A program made the position numbers and the translations under genes. The notes below the pieces were generated by a model, which saw nothing but the letters and a program-made list of their open reading frames with translations, did not search any database and had not been told where the DNA came from. 64,000 nt of DNA from Nitrososphaerota archaeon. Its GTDB lineage: Archaea; Thermoproteota; Nitrososphaeria; PSMU01. This document shows positions 13,813-23,275 of the stretch, in pieces. Location of the stretch: assembly GCA_040290255.1 (NCBI GenBank), contig PSMU01000001.1, forward strand, positions 96,001-160,000. The letters are read 5' to 3'. Every line of letters starts with the position of its first letter. Within the stretch, counting starts at the first letter, position 1.

Positions 13813-15006
13813 GTGTCCCATATGCTTAGCCGGCGGTTCAGCTTAGAGGCGGGCCGCGCAGTATTGGTTGCTGGACCAGCGGTCGCGCAGATCCTACGAG
13901 GGCGGCTTGAGTGCTTAGGAAAGGAGCTTTACGAGGGGGAGAGGGTCGTTGTACGAGAGGGGAAGGAACTGCCTCTTGAAGCGCTGAGCAATGCTGAGTT
14001 AGAAGTTAAGGTAACGCGTGGAGCGAATTGCCGACTCATAGGCTCAGGTGAAAGCCTAGGCACGAGGATTTGGGATAGTGCTATCTCCAACATAGTAAGC
14101 CATAGCGAGAGCTGTAGGGACTGCGTGATAACCGCCCTCGGGCCTGTAAGCACCGGCAAATCTACCTTCCTCTGCTATGTTGCCAATCGCCTCCTAGATA
14201 AGAAGGAAAAGGAACTCGTGATAATAGACGCGGATATAGGACAGAATGATCTTGGCCCTCCTTGCTCGCTGGCGCTGGCTAAGGTAGACCGTCAAGTAAC
14301 CGATCTACGGGAGCTGAAGCCCACGATGTTCGACTTCGTGGGGTATTTCTCCGCCGGCCTTAACCCGCATTACGTCGCACAGCGTGTTATCGGTTTCGTT
14401 TCGAGACTTAAAAGGGACAGGGCCCGAGAAAGGCTAATCCTTCTTAACACGGACGGGTTTGTGGAGGGGGAAGGCCTGGTCACAAAACTATGGCTACTAA
14501 AGGGGACAGGAACACATTTGGCCGTGTTTACCGATAACGGCGTGGCCAGTAAAGCCCTGCAGTTAGGCCTAGCTCCAAACAAATTTATCGTGATAGCCAG
14601 GCCTGATATTAACGTCCGAAGCAGGCTAATAAGGGCCAACAGGCGCTTGCTGCAATACCTGAAATTCCTTCAGGGAGCAAGGCCCAGAAGATTGCATCTG
14701 AGCGACACAAGATTGGCTTTCCTAGGCAGGAGTTGCAGGGTGGTTGACTTTGAGCCCCACGCCAGGAGTTACCTTCTCAGCTTATCCAGCAACGAGGTCC
14801 TAGTGCCAGCTATAGCGATGGACCACATGTTCGTCGCACTAGCCCGTAACGACGAGGTGCAGGGCTTCGGCGTCATTAAACAGTATAGGCGTGATGGAGA
14901 AATGGTAGTACTGACTCCAACTTCTGGCCCCGTTAACACGATATTTCTTAGCCTAGTGCGGCTGCCAAGATTAGGTGCGGAGGAAGCCTTGCGCTTAGCT
15001 ACCTGA
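13813..15006 (+). CDS. Clp1/Grc3 (Nol9)-family polynucleotide 5'-kinase
   Basis: GPVSTGKST, IIDADIGQ.DLGPP, LNTDGFV. Confidence 0.88.
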   Translation: MSHMLSRRFSLEAGRAVLVAGPAVAQILRGRLECLGKELYEGERVVVREGKELPLEALSNAELEVKVTRGANCRLIGSGESLGTRIWDSAISNIVSHSESCRDCVITALGPVSTGKSTFLCYVANRLLDKKEKELVIIDADIGQNDLGPPCSLALAKVDRQVTDLRELKPTMFDFVGYFSAGLNPHYVAQRVIGFVSRLKRDRARERLILLNTDGFVEGEGLVTKLWLLKGTGTHLAVFTDNGVASKALQLGLAPNKFIVIARPDINVRSRLIRANRRLLQYLKFLQGARPRRLHLSDTRLAFLGRSCRVVDFEPHARSYLLSLSSNEVLVPAIAMDHMFVALARNDEVQGFGVIKQYRRDGEMVVLTPTSGPVNTIFLSLVRLPRLGAEEALRLAT

Positions 15007-15016
15007 GGATCGGTGT

Positions 15017-16903
15017 TTAGTTGTTGCGATGGGTAGATAGCATCGTCTGCAGGCCCTTCTTATCGGATATTGTCTTTGCGTCGCGTAGAAGCCACTCTGG
15101 TAAGTGTTCACTCACTTGAGGGCTGAGAAAGCGCTTGTCGAGAAGGTAGACAACTATCTTCTTCGACTTAGCCCTTAGCGCGCGGCCTATACATTGCAGG
15201 CATGCCTCTATCGCGGGCCTTAGGAACAGATGAGTGTAGGCAAGCCTTAAAGATGGCCGCAGTGCCCTGAGCGTGAGCAAGAGCGGCCTTTTCGGTTGTG
15301 GCAGGGCTAGACCTACGATGGCGACCCCTTGAATAGAATCTGGCGGGAAATCCTCCCCTTCCGAGAATCGCCCATTCTGAACTGCCATTAGCAGCGCTCT
15401 TGAAGCGAGATTTGCCTTAAAGAGGCGCATCATGTTCTCGGCTTCTTCCATGGAAAGCTGCCTTTCTTCGGTCATAATAACGATATTATCGGGCAATAAC
15501 AGATGGGGCTTCACGGCCTTCATCATCGCATAAGATGAGAAGAAGAGACAGGTGTTGCCAGGAATGCTGGCCACGAAGAGGCTGAGTCGCTCACCTATCT
15601 CCCTCAAGTTGGCTTGGCTTCGCTCCCTAAGCCTGCTGGTTAGAGCTGCATCTACTATGCAGAGAAGGCCAGGGAATGCGGCCTTGGCATCCCTTAATGC
15701 CCAGTAAGTTATAGGTCCTTCTAGATCGAGCAGCCTGCGTAACACCTCTGGCGACCCAAGTGTGGCGGAGAGGAGGATCTTACCTCCACGCCACAGAGGC
15801 TTGCTCGGGAGGCTTAACGAAGGCCTGATGCATTTTATGAGTATTGTGCTTCGCTCTTCTGGCTTATAGGAAGGTACGAACGTTATGCAGTCCTTCAACA
15901 TTCCCGCTTCCCGTAAAGAGGTGAGGCGTTCAAGGGCCTCAAGAACCCCTACAGATGCATGGGACCTCATGATTAGGGGGCTAGCGGCAAGAGTCCTTTG
16001 GAGAGATGTAGCCCTGAGGTCAGCATAGATTCTGTCTAGAGTATGATGTAGGCCACTAGTGAGCCGCATATAAGCTTCCTCGCCTGTAATGGCCTGCCCC
16101 TTACTAAGCTCTCCCGCCAAGGCACCTAGATTGGCCTTCAAGAGGCCAAGTTGTTCCGCCAGCGCAGGCGGAGCGCTTCCAGCTACTTCAGCTAGGGCTT
16201 CATGAAGAAGTGACCCGGAGAGGGCTACAGAGAACAGCGAGGTCAGACTAGAAAACAGGCTGTGAGCCTCATCGATGACGTAGCATAGACGGGTGGTGAC
16301 GGCACTTAGAAGCTGTACTAGGTAATTCCTGAAGGATAGGAAGAAATAGCGGTACGTCATAACAAGAACGTTAGAGTTGAGTGCGAGCCTTAGCAGGGCC
16401 TCATAGGGGCAGAAAGCGTTATGCCTGCTAGTCGCCAGCAAGTCCTCTAGCAGGTTCCTTCTTATGGAGGTGAGGGCCGCTATTGGTAAGGCGTGCGTCC
16501 TTTCGTAGTACTGACAAATTCTATTCCTCACTAGATGGTTACAATACGCGCTGAAAAGCGCGCGTTCTACCTCGATCTGCTCATCTCTCCTCTTCAAGCA
16601 TAGTTCAAACCTGGGCAGGAACGATATGGGTTTAAGCGATGTTAGTTTTTGGCTAACTCGCATATATTCCTCAATAACGCGAGCAACCTCTCTTCTAGTT
16701 CTAGCTAAAAATATAAGTTTGTACTCTTCGTGGGATCTCGCCACGTTGTCGAACGCTGATAGCACGCACACCGTCTTTCCGAATCCGCTTGGAGCTTCTA
16801 CTAAGAGTGTTCTTTCTTCTTCGAGGGCTTTCTGTATTAACCCTACTAATTCCTGCTGGCCCTGACGAGGCGGCTCGTAGGGGAATGGCTCTTTGAATGA
16901 CAA
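15017..16903 (-). CDS. xpd: XPD/Rad3-family Fe-S helicase
   Basis: EAPSGFGKT, four Cys, IDEAH, SATL, SEGEDF, QCIGRALR. Confidence 0.9.
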   Translation of the reverse strand: MSFKEPFPYEPPRQGQQELVGLIQKALEEERTLLVEAPSGFGKTVCVLSAFDNVARSHEEYKLIFLARTRREVARVIEEYMRVSQKLTSLKPISFLPRFELCLKRRDEQIEVERALFSAYCNHLVRNRICQYYERTHALPIAALTSIRRNLLEDLLATSRHNAFCPYEALLRLALNSNVLVMTYRYFFLSFRNYLVQLLSAVTTRLCYVIDEAHSLFSSLTSLFSVALSGSLLHEALAEVAGSAPPALAEQLGLLKANLGALAGELSKGQAITGEEAYMRLTSGLHHTLDRIYADLRATSLQRTLAASPLIMRSHASVGVLEALERLTSLREAGMLKDCITFVPSYKPEERSTILIKCIRPSLSLPSKPLWRGGKILLSATLGSPEVLRRLLDLEGPITYWALRDAKAAFPGLLCIVDAALTSRLRERSQANLREIGERLSLFVASIPGNTCLFFSSYAMMKAVKPHLLLPDNIVIMTEERQLSMEEAENMMRLFKANLASRALLMAVQNGRFSEGEDFPPDSIQGVAIVGLALPQPKRPLLLTLRALRPSLRLAYTHLFLRPAIEACLQCIGRALRAKSKKIVVYLLDKRFLSPQVSEHLPEWLLRDAKTISDKKGLQTMLSTHRNN

Positions 16904-16926
16904 CGTCCGTATGGGAATGCGCGAAT

Positions 16927-17307
16927 TTAAGCTCCCCTCCTCGGTTCTCTAGAGGACTGTATTAATTTCAGGAGCTGCAGGTAGGCTTTAGCGAGCTCAA
17001 CATACTTTAATTCCTCCTCCAGATTTAGCGGACTCTGCAACTTCTCGGAAAGTTCCTGCAGTCTCCTATAGCTAACATTTTCCAAGGTAGAGAAGGGGCT
17101 GGTCTGCTCGGCATGGGTTCCCGCGGCCTTAGAAGTGGTAACTTCCTTTGGCCCTGGCTTTGGCAATATGCCGCAGTTAAGGCAATATTGGGAGCCTTGG
17201 TACAAGAGTAAGATGCCGTTGCACTGAGGGCAGGGCTCCTTAAGGAGCGTGGCACCCTTTCGTAGCAACTCGGCCGCTTGGCGTAGATCTTTCCTTGTAG
17301 CGCTCAT
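16927..17307 (-). CDS. UPF0148 / SSSCA1-like Zn-finger protein
   Basis: AELLRKGATLL.E.CPQC...CLNC. Confidence 0.85.
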   Translation of the reverse strand: MSATRKDLRQAAELLRKGATLLKEPCPQCNGILLLYQGSQYCLNCGILPKPGPKEVTTSKAAGTHAEQTSPFSTLENVSYRRLQELSEKLQSPLNLEEELKYVELAKAYLQLLKLIQSSREPRRGA

Positions 17308-17373
17308 CTAGGACGACCACAGAGGTCGAAGCACTTATTTATGCTCTTTCTTCGAGGGCTGCTAGGGAGCTTT

Positions 17374-17640
17374 ATGATGATAAACGAGAAGCTCGACCGT
17401 ATAAAGAAGGCCTTGGAGCTGCTGAGGATAGTGGCCGAGGACGCAGCTACCCCCAGGGCCGTTAAGCGTATACTCAAAGAATCCCTCGAGACCTTACAAA
17501 ATGAAAAGCTAAGCCCCGGCGTCAGGGCTGCTAATGTCGTTAGCGCATTAGAGGAAGTGGTTCAGGATCCGAACCTGCCCTCTTTCTCACGCGTTCAGAT
17601 CTGGTCGGCAGTATCACAGCTCGAGGGCATTAGGGATTAG
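17374..17640 (+). CDS. UPF0147 family protein
   Basis: D..TPR.V...VRAANVVS.LEE...DPNLP..SR.QIW.AVS.LE. Confidence 0.88.
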   Translation: MMINEKLDRIKKALELLRIVAEDAATPRAVKRILKESLETLQNEKLSPGVRAANVVSALEEVVQDPNLPSFSRVQIWSAVSQLEGIRD

Positions 17641-18209
17641 GTGAACACGTCGTCCACGGAACCCATAGACTTCAGGTGGTGAGCTGTCTCTATGGGCAGA
17701 GTTAGCACATCGCCCTCCTTCACGGGTCCATATGTTCTTAGGTCCGTGTCCGTGACCTGATCTATAGGCTTAAGGCATCTGACTATAAGCCTTGATCCCG
17801 ACAATTCTTCCTTGATACGGCTCAGAGCGCTTACTCTTACATTCTTGAGCGCAAACCGAACAATGAAGAGACGTCTCTCGAATTCTAGCAGCGGCTCCAG
17901 AATGTATTTCTCTTCATCGGGTAGAGTAGCCCAAGGAATGTCCTCCGGTTTGCCACTAAGCAGCAAATCTATCATTTTAGTGACGCGACTCATGAGTAGT
18001 TTTGATAATAATTCTGATAACAGCTGTCGCCTTCTGCTCATCAGCCGTGAGTAGAGGCTATCGGTGTCTATTTCTCCCAATGTAAAATCCGCGACCGTGC
18101 CTAAGGCCTCCCGATAAAACTGTGATGGTAGTCTCCCGATGGTCTCCGAAGCCATCTCCTCCTTCAAGAGTGGGACGAGACGCTCTATATAGGGAAGGGC
18201 TCTCTCCAT
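17637..18209 (-). CDS. GINS complex subunit (Gins15/51-like)
   Basis: LPSQFY, EEKYI, C-terminal YGPVKEGDVLTLP; follows priS in pcna-priL-priS cluster. Confidence 0.75.
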   Translation of the reverse strand: MERALPYIERLVPLLKEEMASETIGRLPSQFYREALGTVADFTLGEIDTDSLYSRLMSRRRQLLSELLSKLLMSRVTKMIDLLLSGKPEDIPWATLPDEEKYILEPLLEFERRLFIVRFALKNVRVSALSRIKEELSGSRLIVRCLKPIDQVTDTDLRTYGPVKEGDVLTLPIETAHHLKSMGSVDDVFT

Positions 18210-18256
18210 CAATCCCAATTTCGGGAGTGGACTTATAGCGTTTGTGGCCTGGCGTT

Positions 18257-19408
18257 CTATTGCTCTATTACCAAGCTGGCTGCCCCCTTGCAAAGCAAGT
18301 AGATGGCCAGCCCTTGCGGTAGTCTTACGACCGTGTCTCTGGCTAGGCGATATTCCTGACCCTTCCAATAGAGGATGGGGACGAATTTCACCTTAACTTT
18401 AACCTGTGGATCATCCTCAAAGGCAACAGCCTCGGTAAAGGGATCGAACTTCGTTAAATCTCTACACCTGATCTTGATAAGCCCTGTATCTTCGTGAAGA
18501 CTGCCCTCAAGCCTAGCCAGCCTGTGCAGGTCGCCTGTCACCACTGGGTCCAGCCTGACTTTATGTCTCTCTACGGAAGCTTGCAGCAGGGCTGTGAGCT
18601 CGTTCAAACCCCCCCGCTTATAGCTCTCGAGTACGAGCTGCTCGGAAAGGTCAGCAAAGAGTTTCGTCCTCCACCCCCCGTCGAGCCTCAACCTTTGTAC
18701 TAGCGATGAGAGCTCTTTTTGGTTCATGTTATCGCGGAATCCGAGGGCCGTCGCATTGATGCCGCGCCCCAAGAAGTAATCCAGCAGTTCAAGCCGTTCC
18801 TGCTGGCCAAGATCCTGCACCGCGGTTGAAGTTACAAGTATGTGAAAGCCCCTATTGCCCGAGAAGTAAACGGAGATGTCTTGGGCATCAAAGCCAAGTT
18901 CCTCCTGCATGATCTTAAGGGCTTTCGCTACCTCAATTTTGGCTTGTTGCACACAGTTACCGCAAGTCCATTTTTGCGTCTTCAGGTTTGTAGAACCGCA
19001 GCTGCTGCACTGTGTAACTTCAGAGACTGCCTGTATTGCATCACAAGCTAGGCAGAATACGAGGTCATGCTTAGCCTTACAAGGTAGGTCCAGCATATCG
19101 GCATCAATATCGAGAAAGAGATCGGCGCCCAGGAAGCCTTTATCCTGGATGGGTAAGGCTGGATGGCTATAGTAAGCTACGGAGGCGAATATGCCTCTTG
19201 GTATAACTCGGAGTATAAGGCTCCTGAGCTCTCCGACATCTCTCACGCTCAGATGTCTAACCATAGCGTTGCTGAAGGTCAGGTACCCTATCTCCCTAGA
19301 CTCTATCTGAGGGGGGCCTGTTATGGTTTCTATATTTCTATAATAGTATTCCCTGAACTTCCTGTAAATGAACTCGTTTAGGTCAGGCTCAACGGTCAAA
19401 TCTAGCAT
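18257..19408 (-). CDS. priS: DNA primase small subunit
   Basis: SREIG, SVAYY, ADLFLDID, FSGNRGFH, D.VVT.D.HRL.R..GSLH. Confidence 0.95.
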   Translation of the reverse strand: MLDLTVEPDLNEFIYRKFREYYYRNIETITGPPQIESREIGYLTFSNAMVRHLSVRDVGELRSLILRVIPRGIFASVAYYSHPALPIQDKGFLGADLFLDIDADMLDLPCKAKHDLVFCLACDAIQAVSEVTQCSSCGSTNLKTQKWTCGNCVQQAKIEVAKALKIMQEELGFDAQDISVYFSGNRGFHILVTSTAVQDLGQQERLELLDYFLGRGINATALGFRDNMNQKELSSLVQRLRLDGGWRTKLFADLSEQLVLESYKRGGLNELTALLQASVERHKVRLDPVVTGDLHRLARLEGSLHEDTGLIKIRCRDLTKFDPFTEAVAFEDDPQVKVKVKFVPILYWKGQEYRLARDTVVRLPQGLAIYLLCKGAASLVIEQ

Positions 19409-20060
19409 AAGATCGCATCGTCTGTCTTAAGCTTGCTCTTCTCATAAGGTAGCCTATCAATTCAGCTAAGAGAGAGGAGCTATTAGGGGGATATCGAGTA
19501 GGGTCTCTTAATTTATTTTCAAGGTGACCATAAGAGGCCAGCATGGCAAGCTCTCCTAGTTCCAGCGTGTTTAGCTTTAGCGTTCCAGCGCTTAGGGATA
19601 AATTCGAAAGCCGTAGGCTGCGGTCAGCCATCCACTCAGGACACTTCTTCTTTATCTCCAGATAGCTAGAGAGCGGAACGCAGAAACTGGGTGAGCCTGA
19701 GGGGTCCATGCGGAACGTTATGTTGCCGATGATCGTTCTCAAGGCCCTAATGACTAGTTTATTTCCAATGTATATCAGCACTAGATGCTTTGTGCGGTAA
19801 GCGTTAAAGTAGGCCCAGTTGCTGATAAACTCACCTATACCTGAATTAGATACAGCTGTACTGATCAGGTGATAATAAACTGGATACCTCTCAGTAAGCG
19901 AGGCGGCCAGCTCAGCTGGATTCGCCTTGAAAGCAATTACAGGTTTCATCAGATCATGAATTTCCCTGAGCGCATCTTGCTTTAATTCGATGGGGTTATA
20001 ATACGTAGTCCTCACTAAAAATGGAAATAGGTAGGCCATGAGTGGCAAACGCTCCGTCAT
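19389..20060 (-). CDS. Short divergent primase large-subunit-like protein
   Basis: Located between pcna and priS; FPFL start, VPLSSYL, L.LSN..L..G motif; no Fe-S C-terminal domain. Confidence 0.5.
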   Translation of the reverse strand: MTERLPLMAYLFPFLVRTTYYNPIELKQDALREIHDLMKPVIAFKANPAELAASLTERYPVYYHLISTAVSNSGIGEFISNWAYFNAYRTKHLVLIYIGNKLVIRALRTIIGNITFRMDPSGSPSFCVPLSSYLEIKKKCPEWMADRSLRLSNLSLSAGTLKLNTLELGELAMLASYGHLENKLRDPTRYPPNSSSLLAELIGYLMRRASLRQTMRSYARFDR

Positions 20061-20098
20061 CCCGAGCTAGTTAAGCCCTGAGCTTTAAGCGCCCCTGC

Positions 20099-20863
20099 TT
20101 ATTCTAAACGCGGAGCCAGAAAGAACGTCAGCGTTAGACCCTCCGCCGGTCTGGATTCTAGTTTTAACGGACTTTTATTGGAGAACTCGAATAAGACCGT
20201 CGGCGTGGCCTTGCTTACTGATTTAATGAACGCGTCTAGGAAGTCCAGATTGTAAGACGCGGCTGCTGATTCTTTCACCTTGTAGTCGTAAATCTCCGAT
20301 GCGCTTTTTGGTACCGTTAGAGTTACTTCTCCAAATTCACTTCTACCCTTAAAGGTCAAGCTGTCAGGGTTCGCCTCTATCATTATGTGATCCGAAATGG
20401 TTGAAATACGTTTTATGCAGCGACCTAACAGGGCGGCCGAGAGCTGAGCTGAAACACTAAAATTGATCTTCGGCAAGGGCGGCGTACCTGTCTCAAAGAC
20501 TTCGACCATTTGAAGGCGCCATCTCTCAACGCCTCCTTCGTCTTCACTAAAAAACGAAAAGGTAACGGTATCGCCCTCCTCTATTGCCAATTCTACTCGA
20601 TTTGCCTTATCCACCCCCTTCAACATTTTCACGAGATCTTCCATGCGGAGCCCGAACCTTATCTTGCCTTCGCAGCTGTATTCTTCGAAGGCTGTCTTAC
20701 TCCAAGAAAGGTCGATCATAGCGACGTGTGAAGGGTCCATGGCTCTAAAGGATATACCTGCTTCATTGGCTTCGAATGAAGCCTCTTCCACGAGCGCCGC
20801 TATGCTCACGGCAACGGTCCGCCAGACATCTACGGATGAAGTTACGGCCTTAAGTGCCGCCAT
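20099..20863 (-). CDS. pcn: PCNA sliding clamp
   Basis: RAMDPSHVAMID; ends FFLAPR. Confidence 0.96.
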   Translation of the reverse strand: MAALKAVTSSVDVWRTVAVSIAALVEEASFEANEAGISFRAMDPSHVAMIDLSWSKTAFEEYSCEGKIRFGLRMEDLVKMLKGVDKANRVELAIEEGDTVTFSFFSEDEGGVERWRLQMVEVFETGTPPLPKINFSVSAQLSAALLGRCIKRISTISDHIMIEANPDSLTFKGRSEFGEVTLTVPKSASEIYDYKVKESAAASYNLDFLDAFIKSVSKATPTVLFEFSNKSPLKLESRPAEGLTLTFFLAPRLE

Positions 20864-20911
20864 ATCACACACTACTTACGGATATACTATTTAAGCGAGC
20901 AGCCCTTAGCC

Positions 20912-21244
20912 TTAGGCGTACTGTCGCCATGTGTAATTGCACTTTAGGCACCTATAGAACTGGGTGGAGGGCTCGTCGCCTCCCCTTGTTTGCACGATCC
21001 ACCAAGTGGCTTCATCATGACCACACTGAGGGCACTCGGCTCGTGTAACGGGCAAGGTCTTAAGTTCTGAGAGGTTCCTGTCTACTACCCTTACCGAGGT
21101 CGAACTCTGTTGTAGCACCTGACTAGTTATTATTCGAGGTGTTTCGTTGTAACCACATTTTTCGCATAAGAGCTGAAAGCCCGTAGACGAGCCCTTTACG
21201 GACTTTAGTCTCAGTCGAGTACCGCATCTAGGACAGAATCTCAT
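20912..21244 (-). CDS. tfs: Transcription factor S
   Basis: FCPRCG, CPQCG, QTRGGDEP.TQFYRC. Confidence 0.95.
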   Translation of the reverse strand: MRFCPRCGTRLRLKSVKGSSTGFQLLCEKCGYNETPRIITSQVLQQSSTSVRVVDRNLSELKTLPVTRAECPQCGHDEATWWIVQTRGGDEPSTQFYRCLKCNYTWRQYA

Positions 21245-21528
21245 TTTTTACTACTCTTTGTCAGGCTCTTGTCGAGCTCCGCTTCCAATGACTCTAAGAC
21301 TTTCATGCTACGTGCCCAAGCTTCCCTTAGAGCGGCCTTCGGTTGCTCCTTGGCTAAGACGTTCAGAACGACAACCTTCTGAAGGGGGTGTGGTATGACC
21401 ACGCCCGATGAGAGGACAGAGCTGTCCGCAAGGAGTTCATACTGCAGTATATCCGCTACAGATGCGTTTACCTCTCTAAATCTAACCTCCAGCCTGTCCT
21501 TCCCTTTCTCTATTAGCTCAACGGACAC
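21241..21528 (-). CDS. rpoL: RNA polymerase subunit L (Rpo11)
   Basis: PHPL motif; position between csl4 and tfs. Confidence 0.85.
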   Translation of the reverse strand: MSVELIEKGKDRLEVRFREVNASVADILQYELLADSSVLSSGVVIPHPLQKVVVLNVLAKEQPKAALREAWARSMKVLESLEAELDKSLTKSSKK

Positions 21529-21560
21529 GGGCTACTCGCTTGGCGGGCGCTATTTTAGGT

Positions 21561-22100
21561 TTACTTCTCGGCGGAACTGATGGCCAAAGGAACGCGCTCC
21601 TTGTTGCCACATGCTACACACTTGACCGACCTAGGGCCTATCTTAAGGGTACGCTCGCCACAGACCGAGCATCTTGTGCTCAGAACGCCCAACCCTTCGC
21701 CTTCGATTGAACATAGAGGAAGGCCGCCCACGACTCTAAGGACCTTAGCCTTTACCAAGTCCGTGGGCTTGATCCTTAGAGTGTTATCTCTATCGAAGGA
21801 CATCAGCAGCAGGGCAGGCAAGTTGTTACGCAAGGCCAGAGAGTTGATCTTGAGTATCTTAATGTTCGCGTGCTTGTGTGCCACTTCGGTTACTAAAGCC
21901 TCCACCATATCTCCTGGCCTGGGCAGCGAGAATGATCTATAAGGTACCACGCGCACCTTTCGGGACTCATAGTCATAGAGGGCCTCACCAAGCAGCTTAG
22001 CTCTAAGTTCGGGTCCCCACAGGTATACGCCTTCTCCTCCCTCAAACTCCTCTATCACCGCCAGTTTATCGCCGGGAGCGACGAGCTTCGATTTTGTCAT
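21561..22100 (-). CDS. csl4: Exosome subunit Csl4
   Basis: PGDKLAVIEEF..GEG, S1 domain, LGV...CSVCG...CVACG. Confidence 0.9.
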   Translation of the reverse strand: MTKSKLVAPGDKLAVIEEFEGGEGVYLWGPELRAKLLGEALYDYESRKVRVVPYRSFSLPRPGDMVEALVTEVAHKHANIKILKINSLALRNNLPALLLMSFDRDNTLRIKPTDLVKAKVLRVVGGLPLCSIEGEGLGVLSTRCSVCGERTLKIGPRSVKCVACGNKERVPLAISSAEK

Positions 22101-22103
22101 AAG

Positions 22104-22610
22104 TTACCGTTGAACAGCCGCGGTCGTTACTCTTATGTCCGTTGAAATGGGGAGCTTGCTCGAAGCCACCTTAAGCGCCTCTTTCACTTTGGCCAAATAC
22201 GTTGAGTAAGTTTGAACCTCCATTACTGGCTCCCCAGCTTTCACGCGAGCTGCCAGGCCTATTGGTTTACCGAAAGCTCTTCGCATTCCTTCCTGCAGTC
22301 GATCGGCCCCAGCTGTAGCTATCATCTTGTTTTCACGTAATATAACATGAGGGTACTTTTTGATCAGCAGATAGTAATTCGCGTCCCCTACCTCCCTAGA
22401 AAGGAGTTTGTTGGCTGCCGTGCGGGCCGCTTCAAGAGCGTTATCCCTTATCTGCGCTTCATTGCCCGCGACAAGAAGAACCTTAGTATCATAATCAGTC
22501 TTGAAGGTGCCCATCACGAACTTATTAAGCTTCGTCGAGGGAATGCTCTCTATGTACTCCTTTCTGGAGTACGGCATGCCCCTTACCGGCCGATAGCATG
22601 AACCGCGCAT
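22104..22610 (-). CDS. rpl10e: 50S ribosomal protein L10e (uL16)
   Basis: ALEAAR, YPHVILRENK..AGADRLQEGMRRAFGKP. Confidence 0.97.
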   Translation of the reverse strand: MRGSCYRPVRGMPYSRKEYIESIPSTKLNKFVMGTFKTDYDTKVLLVAGNEAQIRDNALEAARTAANKLLSREVGDANYYLLIKKYPHVILRENKMIATAGADRLQEGMRRAFGKPIGLAARVKAGEPVMEVQTYSTYLAKVKEALKVASSKLPISTDIRVTTAAVQR

Positions 22611-22646
22611 GTTAACCCTGCTCAGAAGAGCAACGGATTTAAACTT

Positions 22647-22991
22647 TTAATCCTGCCTATTGTCAGCCCTAGTTTCTTTGGTTATGATAGCGAGGATTCT
22701 CTGCAAAACCTCCGTACTCAGCAATTTTTTCCAGCCGCTGACTATGCCTCTTAGTTCGTCAAGAGTTTCGGGCAATATATTTACTATTTCGACCGCCTCC
22801 TCTTCAGCTAATCCTACCTCGGACTTTAGCTTGATTATCAGTTCCTTAGCGCGATCGCCGGGCAGCTTGGAGAACTTTGAGGTGTAGTCGAGAACTCGTT
22901 TCTGTATAGGATTTAGTTGCTCAGGAGCGACCTGCTTTAGCAGTTCATTTACCTCCGCGATGGTAATCGCCTTTTTCTTTAGGATCCTCAT
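22647..22991 (-). CDS. rpoF: RNA polymerase subunit F (Rpo4)
   Basis: IQKRVLDY..KFSK, EIVNILP.T.DELR. Confidence 0.92.
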   Translation of the reverse strand: MRILKKKAITIAEVNELLKQVAPEQLNPIQKRVLDYTSKFSKLPGDRAKELIIKLKSEVGLAEEEAVEIVNILPETLDELRGIVSGWKKLLSTEVLQRILAIITKETRADNRQD

Positions 22992-23275
22992 TATCCCGAC
23001 CTTAGTGGCTTAACATGCTCTAATCGCGTGTAAACTTGCTTAATCTTCTCGCCCATAGGTACTTCCACGACCAGAGCCCTTCGCATCACCTTTTTGACAA
23101 AACCCACTTTCCCATGAAACCGCTTATGAGGCATCCCTTTCTGCTCCTTGGGATAGCACAGTATCACCACACGGTCTCCCTCCTTATAATTGTATAGGAG
23201 GTAGGACAGGCCTAGGTTAGCCTCCTTAGCCATAAGGTGCCTAGTTTTCGCCCTAGGACCCTTACTCTTGGGCAC
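22991..23275 (-). CDS. rpl21e: 50S ribosomal protein L21e
   Basis: SKG.R.KTR, KGMPHKRFHGKVG, EHVKP. Confidence 0.96.
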   Translation of the reverse strand: MPKSKGPRAKTRHLMAKEANLGLSYLLYNYKEGDRVVILCYPKEQKGMPHKRFHGKVGFVKKVMRRALVVEVPMGEKIKQVYTRLEHVKPLRSG

